Positions 1 to 9,231 of a DNA stretch of 64,000 bases are shown piece by piece (the stretch's first letter is position 1; every line of letters starts with the position of its first letter). Source of the DNA: Abditibacterium sp. (GTDB taxonomy: Bacteria; Armatimonadota; Abditibacteriia; Abditibacteriales; Abditibacteriaceae); the NCBI GenBank assembly GCA_965199495.1, contig CBDASK010000003.1, positions 1,312,001-1,376,000 of the forward strand, written 5' to 3'. The notes beneath the pieces were generated by a model that saw only the letters and a list, made by a program, of their open reading frames with translations, had not been told where the DNA came from and did not search any database. Made by a program: the position numbers and the translations under genes.

Positions 1-1
1 C

Positions 2-352
2 GCCACGCAATTCAAAGCGTTTTGCAAACAGGTTCGCAGCAAATTCGCGCTCGATTCGATTATCAAAGGCGAGGCGCGCTGGCCGCAACAGCCCGAAGAC
101 CGCGACGTTTTATATTTCTTGGCGCAGAGTTTTCGCGCGCGCCTCGCCAAAGAGTTGCCGCTCGACAAAGCCAAACTCAGCGGCCACGCCGCCGAGTTGG
201 CGTTTCGCGCCAAAGCGATGATCAAAGATTTGGCCAACATCAGCCTCGAAATCGCGCAAATCGCAGTTTCGACCGAAGATGGTCAAGCATTGCCCGGTTG
301 GTTTTTAGCCGATGTTGTGCGCGATTTGCCGCGTTTGGTGGAGAAGAAGTAA
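2..352 (+). CDS. 3' end of a probable MoxR-like AAA+ ATPase (partial, starts before the window)
   Basis: Frame 2 is open from the window start (ATQFKAFCKQVRSKFALDSIIKGEARWP...DVVRDLPRLVEKK*). No Walker motifs are visible here; the call rests on its position upstream of a zincin/VWA gene. Confidence 0.55.
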   Translation, partial: ATQFKAFCKQVRSKFALDSIIKGEARWPQQPEDRDVLYFLAQSFRARLAKELPLDKAKLSGHAAELAFRAKAMIKDLANISLEIAQIAVSTEDGQALPGWFLADVVRDLPRLVEKK

Positions 353-355
353 GTA

Positions 356-650
356 AGCCACAGAGTTCGCAGAGAAACACACAGAGTGGCACAAAGAGAT
401 TTGATGTTTTCGGGAATGACGCAGTTAGCCCGCATTTGTCATTTCGAGCGCAGCCGAGAAATCTTGCGGCTCCGCGCCAGCGGGAATGAGGGGATTGCCT
501 TTTTGTAAAAGCCATTGAGACTTGCGCTGCCGCGCGGGCGTAAGATTTCTCGGCTGCGCTCGAAATGACAAATGCGGGCTAACTGCGTCATTCCCGAAAA
601 CATCAAATCTCTTTGTGTTTCTCTGTGTGTTCTCTGTGAACTCTGTGGCT
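356..650. repeat. Nested long palindrome (REP/MITE-like)
   Basis: Outer arms AGCCACAGAG.../...CTCTGTGGCT; perfect 76-bp inner arms at 390-465 and 542-617 containing GGGAATGACGCAGTT and GTCATTTCGAGC...GAGAAATCT. Confidence 0.95.
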
Positions 651-659
651 AAAAACGTC

Positions 660-2477
660 ATGCCCCGCAAAACCAAGCCGCAACCGCAAAACGACATCGC
701 CGCGCGCCAATTCGCGTTGGGTCAGCAACTGCTGAGCGAAAGCCCGCTCTTTAATCCGCTGTTGTTGCACGCCGAAATCGTGCGGCAACACAACGGCATC
801 GTGCCACGCGATGGCTGGGCGCTCGTGCGGCGCGATGGAACGATTTTCGTTCATCCGACGCGGCGCGCCGAACCGCAGGAGTGGCAGTGGATTTTGGGGC
901 ATTGCTTGCTGCACTTGGCGTTCGAGCATTTTCGCGAGGACAACTCGCCCGCGTGGAACGCGGCGTGCGATGCGGTTGTCGCGCGCTTTTTGGCCGATAC
1001 CAAAACCGGCGCGCCGCCGCTCGAATTGACGCAAATCCTGCCGCCATTGCCTTCGCGCGACGAACACCAGCTGGCGCGGCAGTTCGAGCGCGACGGCATT
1101 CCCGCTGCTTTTGGCAACATCGGAACGGCGGGCATCGGCGCGCTCGATATGCAATGGAGCGAGGCGCCGCGAAGGGATTGGTATCGCGGCGCGGCGCTCG
1201 ATTGGGCGCAGATTTTCGCCAACGGACTCAGCCACGCCGTCACTCATGCCGTGCGCGTGGCTGCGGGTGTCGCTGGCGAATTTGACCGCGACAATGGCAA
1301 ACAGACCCGCGCGCAAAAGGCGCGCAGTTGGTTTATCGCGTCCTATCCGCTTTTGGGCGCCCTCGCGGCGGCGTTCGAGTTGATTGAAGACAGGACGATT
1401 TGCGCGCAACAAGAAATCTTGGTCGCCGCGATTAACGTGCGGCGACGCATCATTTACATGAACCCGGCGGCGGGCATGAGCGAGGGCCAGTGCCGTTTCG
1501 TGATGGCGCACGAGTTCCTGCACGCGGCCCTGCGCCACGACGCAAGACGCGGCGGGCGCGACGCTTATCTCTGGAATATTTCGTGCGATTACGTTATCAA
1601 TGATTGGTTGCTCGAAATGGGCATCGGCGATGCGCCGACGTTTGGCATGTTGCACGATCCGGCGCTGCGCGGCCAGAGCGCCGAGGCGATTTACGATTTG
1701 GTGACCAAAGATTTGCGGCGTTATCGCAAGTTGCAGACGATGCGCGGCTTTGGCAAATCGGATATTCTGGGCGACGACACGCCGTGGTGGAAAATCGGCG
1801 AGGGCATGACGCTCGATGCGTGGTATCGCGGCGCACTTTGCCAAGGTTTGGCTTACCACGAAGGCGAAGGGCGCGGTTTGTTGCCCGCCGGGTTAGTGCA
1901 GGAAATTCGCGCTTTGGAAATGCCGGTCGTGCCGTGGGATGTCGAGTTGGCGCAGTGGTTTGATGCGCACTTCTCGCCACTCGAAAAGCGGCGTTCGTAT
2001 GCGCGACTCAGCCGCCGCCAGAGTTCGGCGCCCGACATCGTGATGCCCGCTTTTGTCACGCCCGAAGAAGCGCATTATTCGCGCACATTTGGCGTGGTTT
2101 TGGACACGTCGGGTTCGATGCCGCGCGAACTTTTGGGCAAAGCATTGGGCACGATTGCGTCGTATGCCATCGCGCACGAAGTGGCGGCGGTGCGCGTGGT
2201 TTTCTGCGACGCCAGCGCCTACGACGAGGGTTGGATGGCGCCCGAAGACATCGCCGGGAACGTCGTGATTCGCGGGCGCGGCGGCACGATTTTGCAGCCC
2301 GCCATTGATTTATTGGAAAGCGCGCCCGATTTTCCCAACAATGGCCCGATTTTGATTTTGACCGACGCGCAGTGCGAAAGCGATTTAATCGTGCATCGCG
2401 ATCACGCGTTCGTCGCGCCGAGGGGCGCGCGCTTTCCGTTTCGCCCGCGCGGGCCGGTGTTCGAGTTATCGGGATAA
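660..2477 (+). CDS. DUF2201-type metallopeptidase + VWA-like domain protein
   Basis: Two zincin-like repeats (HCLLH...WNAACD; HEFLH...WNISCD) and a C-terminal VWA MIDAS-like set (DTSGS, GGT, LTD). ATG 660 is preferred because the extension to 522 is palindrome sequence. Confidence 0.85.
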   Translation: MPRKTKPQPQNDIAARQFALGQQLLSESPLFNPLLLHAEIVRQHNGIVPRDGWALVRRDGTIFVHPTRRAEPQEWQWILGHCLLHLAFEHFREDNSPAWNAACDAVVARFLADTKTGAPPLELTQILPPLPSRDEHQLARQFERDGIPAAFGNIGTAGIGALDMQWSEAPRRDWYRGAALDWAQIFANGLSHAVTHAVRVAAGVAGEFDRDNGKQTRAQKARSWFIASYPLLGALAAAFELIEDRTICAQQEILVAAINVRRRIIYMNPAAGMSEGQCRFVMAHEFLHAALRHDARRGGRDAYLWNISCDYVINDWLLEMGIGDAPTFGMLHDPALRGQSAEAIYDLVTKDLRRYRKLQTMRGFGKSDILGDDTPWWKIGEGMTLDAWYRGALCQGLAYHEGEGRGLLPAGLVQEIRALEMPVVPWDVELAQWFDAHFSPLEKRRSYARLSRRQSSAPDIVMPAFVTPEEAHYSRTFGVVLDTSGSMPRELLGKALGTIASYAIAHEVAAVRVVFCDASAYDEGWMAPEDIAGNVVIRGRGGTILQPAIDLLESAPDFPNNGPILILTDAQCESDLIVHRDHAFVAPRGARFPFRPRGPVFELSG

Positions 2478-2858
2478 ATCGCCGCACGGAAAGCGGCCCG
2501 CGCGGTATTCCTGCCACAATGCACCCAGCCATTCGTCGCTATAATCGGCTTGTAACGCGCGCGCGAGCAAATCGAAATCGTCGGCGACGCAAGCAGCCAC
2601 GTCGGCGTGGCTGCTGATGGCGAGAGCGCGTTTGAATGCCCATTCGCAAAGTTCGTCAATCATCACATTTTTGGTTTGACGCTCGCCCTCGACTTCAATG
2701 TCTTGCACCGCGCTATAAACGCGCATCCATTCGGCATCGAAAATCTGGCTATCGCGCGCATTGAGCATTTGATTGGCGATTTTTGGATCGGAAAAATGGA
2801 GGGCGCCCAATAAATCGAGGGCGCACGCCTGAGCATTAAATTTGGAAACTTTGTCCAT
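2466..2858 (-). CDS. Hypothetical protein
   Basis: 130-aa ORF with host-like codon use, directly downstream of the ATPase gene on the same strand. Confidence 0.6.
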   Translation of the reverse strand: MDKVSKFNAQACALDLLGALHFSDPKIANQMLNARDSQIFDAEWMRVYSAVQDIEVEGERQTKNVMIDELCEWAFKRALAISSHADVAACVADDFDLLARALQADYSDEWLGALWQEYRAGRFPCGDLSR

Positions 2859-2919
2859 AATTCAGGGCGTGAGCAGAATACTTGCCGTTTCGCCCGCGCG
2901 GCAACTGCGTCACTCCTCT

Positions 2920-4506
2920 CTAATCTTCGTGGCCGACCAGAACTTTCATCGCTTGCTGCGGCGACAGATAACCGGCCAATAACTTGGCGCGCGCGTCGTC
3001 GCGCAGACTGGAAAAGCCTTCTTCGCGGGCGGCGCGGCGCAGTTCGTCGCTGTCTTTTTGCGCCATGATCGCGCGGCGCAGTTTCGGCCCGATTTCGAGC
3101 ATTTCGACAATCGCCACGCGGCCCTTGGTGCCCGTGCCGCCGCAATGTTCGCAACCAACGCCTTTCATCAATTGCGTGCCGACTGGCAAATCGAAAAAGT
3201 TCAGCCACTCTTCCATTTCGGGGTCGTCGGCGGGAATCGGTTGGCGACAAAAACGGCAACTCAGGCGGGCCAATCGTTGGGCCAAAACGCCTTCGAGCGC
3301 CGAGGCGATGAGGTAGGCCGGAATGCCCATGTCCTGCAAGCGCGTGATGGCCGCGACCGCCGAGTTGGTGTGTAGCGTTGCCAACAGCAAATGGCCGGTC
3401 AGGGCGGCGCGCACAGCCACGTCGGCGGTTTCTTGATCGCGAATTTCGCCGACCAGAATCGTATCGGGGTCTTGGCGCAAAATCGAACGCAACGCGCGCG
3501 CGAAAGTCAGGCCGATTTCGGAATGCACGCTGGTTTGTGTCACGCCGCGCAGTTCGTATTCGACCGGGTCTTCGACGGTGATGACGTTTTTGGTCTCGTC
3601 GCGCGAAGCCGCTAAGGCCGCGTAAAGCGTGGTGGTTTTGCCCGAACCGGTCGGGCCGGTCACCAAAATCATGCCGTGCGAACGCGTCAGCATCGAGTAA
3701 AAGCGCTTTTGATCTTTGGGCGAAAATCCCAGTTGGCCCAAATCGGTGACGAGCGACGAGTGATCCAACAAACGCATCACGATTTTTTCGCCGTGCAGGT
3801 TGGGCAACGTCGAGACGCGAAAATCGAAAGTGCGCGTGCCGTATTTGGCGCGAAAACGTCCGTCCTGGGGCAATCGCTGTTCGGTGATGTCAATGTTGGC
3901 CAGCACTTTGAAGCGCGAAATCAGCGGCAAACTCAAGTCGAGCGGCAAAATGCGGCGCGATTGCAGCAGCCCGTCAATGCGATAGCGCGGCAACAATCCT
4001 TCGGGCGTCGGTTCGAGGTGCAAGTCGGAAGCGCCATCGGCGATGGCCGCTTTGAGCATCTCGTTGGCGAAACGCACGACGGGCGCCAGCGCCGGGTCTT
4101 CCTCTTCGATTTCGGCGCCCTGAACGACGAAATTGCCTTCGATAGCGGCGACCTTGTTGGCGCCCAATCCGACTTCGCTGGCGGCGGGCGCGGCGGGCAT
4201 CGCCCGTTCGACGGGCGCTGGCGTGGCCGTCTCTACAACTCTGGGCGGGCGGGCCTGAAGCGGCTGCGATGCGCGCGGCGGCGCTTGATTTTGCCCGTTG
4301 GTTTGTCCGTTACCGGGCGCCGTGGCTGCATCGAGGGCGTTGGGGTCGAAGCGCAAAATTTCGCCGGGCGCGAGCGCGCCTAAACGCAACATCGTGCGCG
4401 AAAGCGATTCGCCTGTTAAGCGTTGCGCGGCGAAATCTTTGAGTTGATCGCGCGTCACCAAACCCGATCCATGCACGGCTCTTGCAAATTGTTCGTCAGT
4501 TATCAT
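2920..4506 (-). CDS. GspE/PilB family type II secretion/type IV pilus assembly ATPase
   Basis: ASDLHLEP, PQDGR, Walker A GPTGSGKTTT, TVEDPVE, RQDPDTILVGEIRD, TGHLLLATLH, Cys4 motif CRFC/CEHC; AGAGGA RBS upstream. Confidence 0.93.
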   Translation of the reverse strand: MITDEQFARAVHGSGLVTRDQLKDFAAQRLTGESLSRTMLRLGALAPGEILRFDPNALDAATAPGNGQTNGQNQAPPRASQPLQARPPRVVETATPAPVERAMPAAPAASEVGLGANKVAAIEGNFVVQGAEIEEEDPALAPVVRFANEMLKAAIADGASDLHLEPTPEGLLPRYRIDGLLQSRRILPLDLSLPLISRFKVLANIDITEQRLPQDGRFRAKYGTRTFDFRVSTLPNLHGEKIVMRLLDHSSLVTDLGQLGFSPKDQKRFYSMLTRSHGMILVTGPTGSGKTTTLYAALAASRDETKNVITVEDPVEYELRGVTQTSVHSEIGLTFARALRSILRQDPDTILVGEIRDQETADVAVRAALTGHLLLATLHTNSAVAAITRLQDMGIPAYLIASALEGVLAQRLARLSCRFCRQPIPADDPEMEEWLNFFDLPVGTQLMKGVGCEHCGGTGTKGRVAIVEMLEIGPKLRRAIMAQKDSDELRRAAREEGFSSLRDDARAKLLAGYLSPQQAMKVLVGHED

Positions 4507-4636
4507 CAAATAATTCCTCTGTCAGTTATTTACGGCGAGTTTAGACGAACGAAGGCAATTCTCGTTGCGAATGCGTCTTCCGTAAATCGTGGCGCATAGA
4601 AATTCAATCCAACATTTGAAGCAGACGAAATGGCAT

Positions 4637-4708
4637 CGGGGCTGACGCACCCTTCCAAGCGGCGGTCTTTCGAGGAACTCCGCCGATTGGAAGAGGGCGT
4701 CAGCCCCG
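4637..4708. repeat. Intergenic palindrome (REP-like or terminator)
   Basis: CGGGGCTGACGCACCCTTCCAA ... TTGGAAGAGGGCGTCAGCCCCG. Confidence 0.75.
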
Positions 4709-4764
4709 CAGAACTATGGAGAATTGCGACAAACTTCAATTGGCAGGATAAATGTTCAAACGCT

Positions 4765-5673
4765 TCAAACTTCCACTTCTACCAGCGCCCGCACTTCCTC
4801 AAAGCGCGCGATGCCCGCTTGCGCGCCGACGCATCTGGCTTTGAGCGCCGCCGCCGCGCTCGCCCAATTTAAACGTTTGCATAGCGGCCAATCCCACGCC
4901 AGCGTCGCCGCGTAGACGCCGTGAAATACGTCGCCGCAACCGGTCGTGTCCAAGACTTGCGCCGGGAAAGCCGCGACATGAATCGTTTCTTTGCCATCGA
5001 ACGCCCACGCGCCATTTTCGCCCGCCGTGACGACAACGACGGCGCGCATTGGATTCCACAGCGCGCGAGCAGCCACGGCGGGCGCGCGTTCGCCGCACAA
5101 TTGCGCGGCGAAGTTTTGGCCCAGCACCAAATGGTCAACGAGCGGGAAGAAATCGGCCCAATCCGGCACGTTATCGCGCTCGAAATCGGCGACAACCGGC
5201 ACGCCATTTTCGCGCGCGATGCGGGCGGCGCGCGTGTTGCCCGCGCCGCCATAATGGTCAATGAGCAACACGCGCGAGGCCGCGATTTCATTGGCTGGCG
5301 GCGCGTCGGGCGGCGCGCCAACTAAACCCGGTTTTTGAAAAAATATCGCCCGCGTGTGCGCGGTTTGGTCAACGACAATCGTCGAACGAATCGCCGCCGC
5401 ATCGGCGCGCCACGAAACCAAATCGGTCGCGATGTTTTCTTGTTCCAAAATTTGCGCGACCTGCCGCGAAGTCGCGTCAAACCCCAACATTCCGCCATAA
5501 GCGCAGGTCGCACCCAGGCGCGCGCCCGCCACCAAAGCCGTCGCTGTCAGTCCGCCGCCCTGCGTTTGAGAATCGTTGACCAACACTTTGCCGTCGGGCG
5601 CGGGATAATTGTCCACGAACAACAATTCGTCAATCGTGGCGCAACCCAGGCCGAGAATATCGCGAGTTTTCAT
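4765..5673 (-). CDS. PfkB family carbohydrate kinase
   Basis: GGGLTATA N-terminal signature and DTTGCGDVFHG C-terminal signature; start at MKTRDILGLG. Confidence 0.92.
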   Translation of the reverse strand: MKTRDILGLGCATIDELLFVDNYPAPDGKVLVNDSQTQGGGLTATALVAGARLGATCAYGGMLGFDATSRQVAQILEQENIATDLVSWRADAAAIRSTIVVDQTAHTRAIFFQKPGLVGAPPDAPPANEIAASRVLLIDHYGGAGNTRAARIARENGVPVVADFERDNVPDWADFFPLVDHLVLGQNFAAQLCGERAPAVAARALWNPMRAVVVVTAGENGAWAFDGKETIHVAAFPAQVLDTTGCGDVFHGVYAATLAWDWPLCKRLNWASAAAALKARCVGAQAGIARFEEVRALVEVEV

Positions 5674-5676
5674 CGT

Positions 5677-5777
5677 AAAGGGACAAGGAGCAGGGGACAA
5701 GGGACAAGGTAAATGGAAAGCGAGAAGGAGAAATGGCGACAACTCCTTGTTCCCTGTCCCCTGCTCCTTGTCCCTTT
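5677..5777. repeat. Inverted arrays of degenerate 7-mers (AAGGGAC-like)
   Basis: AAGGGAC AAGGAGC AGGGGAC AAGGGAC at 5677-5709 and its complement at 5745-5777. Confidence 0.8.
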
Positions 5778-6519
5778 AATTTCGCACGCATTTGAGCGCG
5801 ATATTGTAACTCAATTTGCCCCAGTTCACGTCGAAATCCCAGCCGCGCACACGGCGTAACGTCCGAAAATCTTGCCAGTAAGAGCGTTTGGAACTGAGCG
5901 CATCGTAAGCGTTTTCGACGCCGTAAAGCAACGGGTAAAGCAGCAATCCGCCGTAATAAATCTCTTCGACGCGCCAGTTTTTGCCCAGCAAATGACGCAA
6001 CTGGCCGTAAGTATAATGGCGATGCCAATCGAAATTGAAATTTTGATAAAATTTGCCGCCGCCCGGTTTGGGAATGCCCATTTTGGAAACGGTTTTGAGC
6101 AACGAATTCAACCGATTATCCGGGTCAAAGCCGCCGAATAATCCGCGATGCGGCGTCGAAAGCGCCAAAACGCCGCCGGGTTTGGTGACGCGCGCGATTT
6201 CGTTTAAAGTCGCGCGGTCATCGCGCGTGTGTTCCAAAACTTCGGTCAGCATGACGGCGCCAAACGACGCGTCGTCGAAGGGCAAATTTTCGCCGTTAGA
6301 AAAGACGAACTCGCATTCGGGAAACTCGGTTTTGGCCCAGTCCAAATTTTTCTGATTATGGTCAATGCCAACGGCGTGACCGCACTTTTTGCCGAGCCAT
6401 TGCGTATAAATCCCGTTGCCGCAACCGACATCGAGAACGGGGCCAGTTTCGGGCAACCAATCGTAGAGCAAGCGATAGCGGTCGAGCAGTTCGTGGCGAT
6501 AAGTGACGGGAGTGGACAC
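5776..6519 (-). CDS. Class I SAM-dependent methyltransferase
   Basis: VLDVGCGNG, LPFDDASF, EVLEH, KPGG motifs. Confidence 0.9.
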   Translation of the reverse strand: MSTPVTYRHELLDRYRLLYDWLPETGPVLDVGCGNGIYTQWLGKKCGHAVGIDHNQKNLDWAKTEFPECEFVFSNGENLPFDDASFGAVMLTEVLEHTRDDRATLNEIARVTKPGGVLALSTPHRGLFGGFDPDNRLNSLLKTVSKMGIPKPGGGKFYQNFNFDWHRHYTYGQLRHLLGKNWRVEEIYYGGLLLYPLLYGVENAYDALSSKRSYWQDFRTLRRVRGWDFDVNWGKLSYNIALKCVRN

Positions 6520-6524
6520 GAGGA

Positions 6525-6556
6525 AAGGATAAAGGATTAAGGCTGAAGGATAAAGG
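6525..6556. repeat. Degenerate 7-mer tandem (AAGGATA)
   Basis: AAGGATA AAGGATT AAGGCTG AAGGATA AAGG. Confidence 0.6.
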
Positions 6557-6684
6557 GGACTGCGTGAGTTGAACGGGCAATCGGGTGTATTTGCCGAATC
6601 GTAAAAGCGCGGCGAACCCGCCGTGGCTGTTTTGGCGCTGCGGGCCGATGCGCCGCCGACGGCAATGCAAATTTCGGCATATAA

Positions 6685-6713
6685 AACCCCGCGAATTTGG
6701 CGGTTCGCGGGGT
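6685..6713 (-). terminator. Probable intrinsic terminator after the prepilin-type gene
   Basis: ACCCCGCGAA-loop-TTCGCGGGGT with an adjacent A-tract that reads as a U-tract on the minus strand. Confidence 0.55.
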
Positions 6714-6794
6714 GTAGACATTGGAGTTTATGGGGAGTTTCTGTCGAAATTCGATGGCGGTTAGAAAGTCACGCAAACGTTTCGGCTGTTGGAA

Positions 6795-7640
6795 TTATGG
6801 CTTGGGAACGGGCGTAGGCGTGGGAGCGGTGGGGAGAGCCGCTATAGGTCTGCCGCAAGAATCATTTGCTTCTGCAGGAACGGCTGGAGGCTGAAGGCTG
6901 GAACCGGTGCCACTGCCAAACGCTCGATCATGGAAGCGAGGAGTGCCCGTCATACGAGTTTTGAAATCTGCTGGCACATCAGCGGACACCATGAACTTGA
7001 CGTGCCCATCGGCATAAAGCAAATTGCCACCGCCATTGTGACCATCAAATAACGCGTCGGTAGAACCTCCATCACTGGTGGCCCAGAAATACCCATCATT
7101 GATCGTTTTGCCCTCATCCACCAATAAAACGATGTCGCCCGGACTGGTAATTCGAGTGGCAGCAATGCCCGCGAGCGCACAGTTCATCGAATAACTCAGC
7201 TTTTTGCTGTTGGCATCGACCGCGCTGGGACAAACGTAAATTCCAGCCGATTTGGTATAGGCTGCTAACGCGCCTATTGAGTTCTGAGGATAGGCTTCAT
7301 GGTCAGGAACTGTCGCGAAAGTAGTGGGATTTGCCAATCCCATTTCAGTATCAGTGAAGTTTTTGGGAGTTCCTCCTGTTCCGCCAGTAACCCAATGCCC
7401 GCCAGAAGCCCATTTCTGATATTGGCCCGCCTGCGGATATTTGCCGCGCGAATCCTGTGTGTATAGCAAAAACGCGGTGCCCAACTGTTTCATGTTCGAC
7501 AAACATGCGGTTTTGCGACCGTTTTCGCGAGCGCGGCTAAACACGGGAAAGAGAATCGCGCTCAAAATGCCGATGATGGCGATGACGACCAAAATTTCGA
7601 CCAGGGTAAAAGCGCGACGCGGCGCGGGGAAATGTTTCAT
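6795..7640 (-). CDS. Prepilin-type N-terminal cleavage/methylation + H-X9-DG (DUF1559-like) protein
   Basis: AFTLVEILVVIAIIGILSAILFPVF, C-x-SNMKQLG, YVCPS, HNGGGNLLYADGHVK. Confidence 0.92.
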   Translation of the reverse strand: MKHFPAPRRAFTLVEILVVIAIIGILSAILFPVFSRARENGRKTACLSNMKQLGTAFLLYTQDSRGKYPQAGQYQKWASGGHWVTGGTGGTPKNFTDTEMGLANPTTFATVPDHEAYPQNSIGALAAYTKSAGIYVCPSAVDANSKKLSYSMNCALAGIAATRITSPGDIVLLVDEGKTINDGYFWATSDGGSTDALFDGHNGGGNLLYADGHVKFMVSADVPADFKTRMTGTPRFHDRAFGSGTGSSLQPPAVPAEANDSCGRPIAALPTAPTPTPVPKP

Positions 7641-7717
7641 GGGAAAATACTCTCTTAAATTCGGGTATGTTAGAGTTTACCCGCCCTCGCCGAGTTTCAA
7701 ACCTTTATCTCACAATT

Positions 7718-8587
7718 TTATGAGTTTTGCCAATATTGCGCGCACGCTTTTAAATGTTCCAGCACTTCCATCGGCACGCATTGTCCGCCGTTGACCTGCG
7801 CCAGTTTCACCGCCGGTTTGTTGGCGCCATGAAAATCGCTGCCGCCCGTGCTAATCAAACCGAATTGCTGCGCCATGCGATTCGTCCATTCGATTTCATC
7901 GGGCGTATAAGCGCCGTAATAAGTTTCGAGTCCGTCTAAACCCCATTCGCTCCACTGTTTTAGCATCGCTTCGCCGCGCTCGAAATCGAGCAGTGACGAA
8001 CGTTCCGAAGGCGCGCGCGTCGGGTGCGCCCACACAGCCACGCCGCCCGCGTCGTGAATCAGTTTCACGGCATCGGCGGGATGCAACGATTTTTTGCTCG
8101 AATAAGCCGGGCCACCTTCTTTAAGTAAATCGTCGAACGCTTCCTGAACGCTGCCAACCGCGCCGGTTTCGATCAAAGCCTGCGCGATGTGAGGCCGACC
8201 TATTTGCGCGTCCGGCCCGGCGATTTCGCGAATGCGCGCCATCGTGACTTTATGTCCCATTTGGTTGAGCGTGCCGACGATGCGCTGGTTGCGCGTGGCT
8301 CGTTCCTGTTGTAATTCGGTCAAAGCGCGGCCCAGTTCGCTATCGCGCTCGAAGTAATAGCCGAGCAGATGATATTTCTCGCCCTCGCCCGCGACCGAAA
8401 GTTCGATGCCCGGCACGACTTCAACGCCGAGTTCTGCGCCTGCGCGCATCGCTTCATCCCAGCCGCCAAACGTATCGTGATCAGTCAGGGCGATGGCTTG
8501 CAATCCAACTTCATGCGCGTGTTCAACAAGTTCGCGCGGCGTGAAGGTGCCATCGGAGGCGGTTGTGTGGGCGTGGAGATCAATCAT
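7718..8587 (-). CDS. PHP-domain metal-dependent phosphoesterase
   Basis: DLHAHTTASDG, LTDHD, GRPH, AHP, TGGSDFHG. Confidence 0.92.
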   Translation of the reverse strand: MIDLHAHTTASDGTFTPRELVEHAHEVGLQAIALTDHDTFGGWDEAMRAGAELGVEVVPGIELSVAGEGEKYHLLGYYFERDSELGRALTELQQERATRNQRIVGTLNQMGHKVTMARIREIAGPDAQIGRPHIAQALIETGAVGSVQEAFDDLLKEGGPAYSSKKSLHPADAVKLIHDAGGVAVWAHPTRAPSERSSLLDFERGEAMLKQWSEWGLDGLETYYGAYTPDEIEWTNRMAQQFGLISTGGSDFHGANKPAVKLAQVNGGQCVPMEVLEHLKACAQYWQNS

Positions 8588-8602
8588 GAATTGGGGAAAA
8601 CG

Positions 8603-9142
8603 TCAGTCAATTAAACCTTGATCGCGCAAATAATCCAAGATGCGCTGGAGCGAAACTTCCATCGGTTCGCTGTCCGAATGCGCCACGACTTCGGGATTGC
8701 GCGGCGCTTCATACGGGTCGGAAACGCCGGTAAAATTGGGGATTTCGCCCGCCAACGCGCGTTTATACAAACCTTTCACGTCGCGGCGCGACAATTCTTC
8801 AAGCGAACACTGCGTGTAAACCTCGACAAACGCGACGCCGTGGCTGCTGGCGAGGGCGCGGCATTCGTCGCGCACGCTGGCGAATGGCGAAATCGCCGCG
8901 CTGATCGCGATGACGCCGTTGCGCGCCAACAAATCGCACACGAAACCGATGCGCCGCACGTTGATGTCGCGGTCTTCGCGACTGAACGTCAACCCGGCGC
9001 TGAGGTTGGTGCGCACGATGTCGCCGTCCAAACGTTCGACGCGATAATCACGCGCGCGAAACTCGGCTTCGAGCGCCTCGGACAGCGTGCTTTTTCCCGA
9101 ACCGGACAAACCGGTGAACCATAAAACAAACCCTTGGTGCAT
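8603..9142 (-). CDS. cysC: Adenylyl-sulfate kinase
   Basis: [34 protein letters not shown]. Confidence 0.95.
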   Translation of the reverse strand: MHQGFVLWFTGLSGSGKSTLSEALEAEFRARDYRVERLDGDIVRTNLSAGLTFSREDRDINVRRIGFVCDLLARNGVIAISAAISPFASVRDECRALASSHGVAFVEVYTQCSLEELSRRDVKGLYKRALAGEIPNFTGVSDPYEAPRNPEVVAHSDSEPMEVSLQRILDYLRDQGLID

Positions 9143-9145
9143 TTT

Positions 9146-9223
9146 CAGGAGACAGGATACAGGATACAGTTGCGATGCGGGCACACGTCTCCCCTGTTTC
9201 CTGTCTCCTGTCTTCTGTATCCT
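9146..9223. repeat. Inverted arrays of degenerate 7-mers (CAGGATA/CAGGAGA)
   Basis: CAGGAGA CAGGATA CAGGATA CAG and complement CCTGTTT CCTGTCT CCTGTCT TCTGTAT CCT, between divergent genes. Confidence 0.75.
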
Positions 9224-9231
9224 TGTAAGCC

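Noticed and set aside
240..697. ORFs 240-515, 425-697, 22-489 and the 522-659 extension sharing identical peptides
   Set aside because: They are translations of the two arms of the 356-650 palindrome, not duplicated genes.
4380..4500. MshEN c-di-GMP motif at the N-terminus of the PilB/GspE ATPase
   Set aside because: Only a degenerate resemblance; the RLGxxL signature is not in the expected position.
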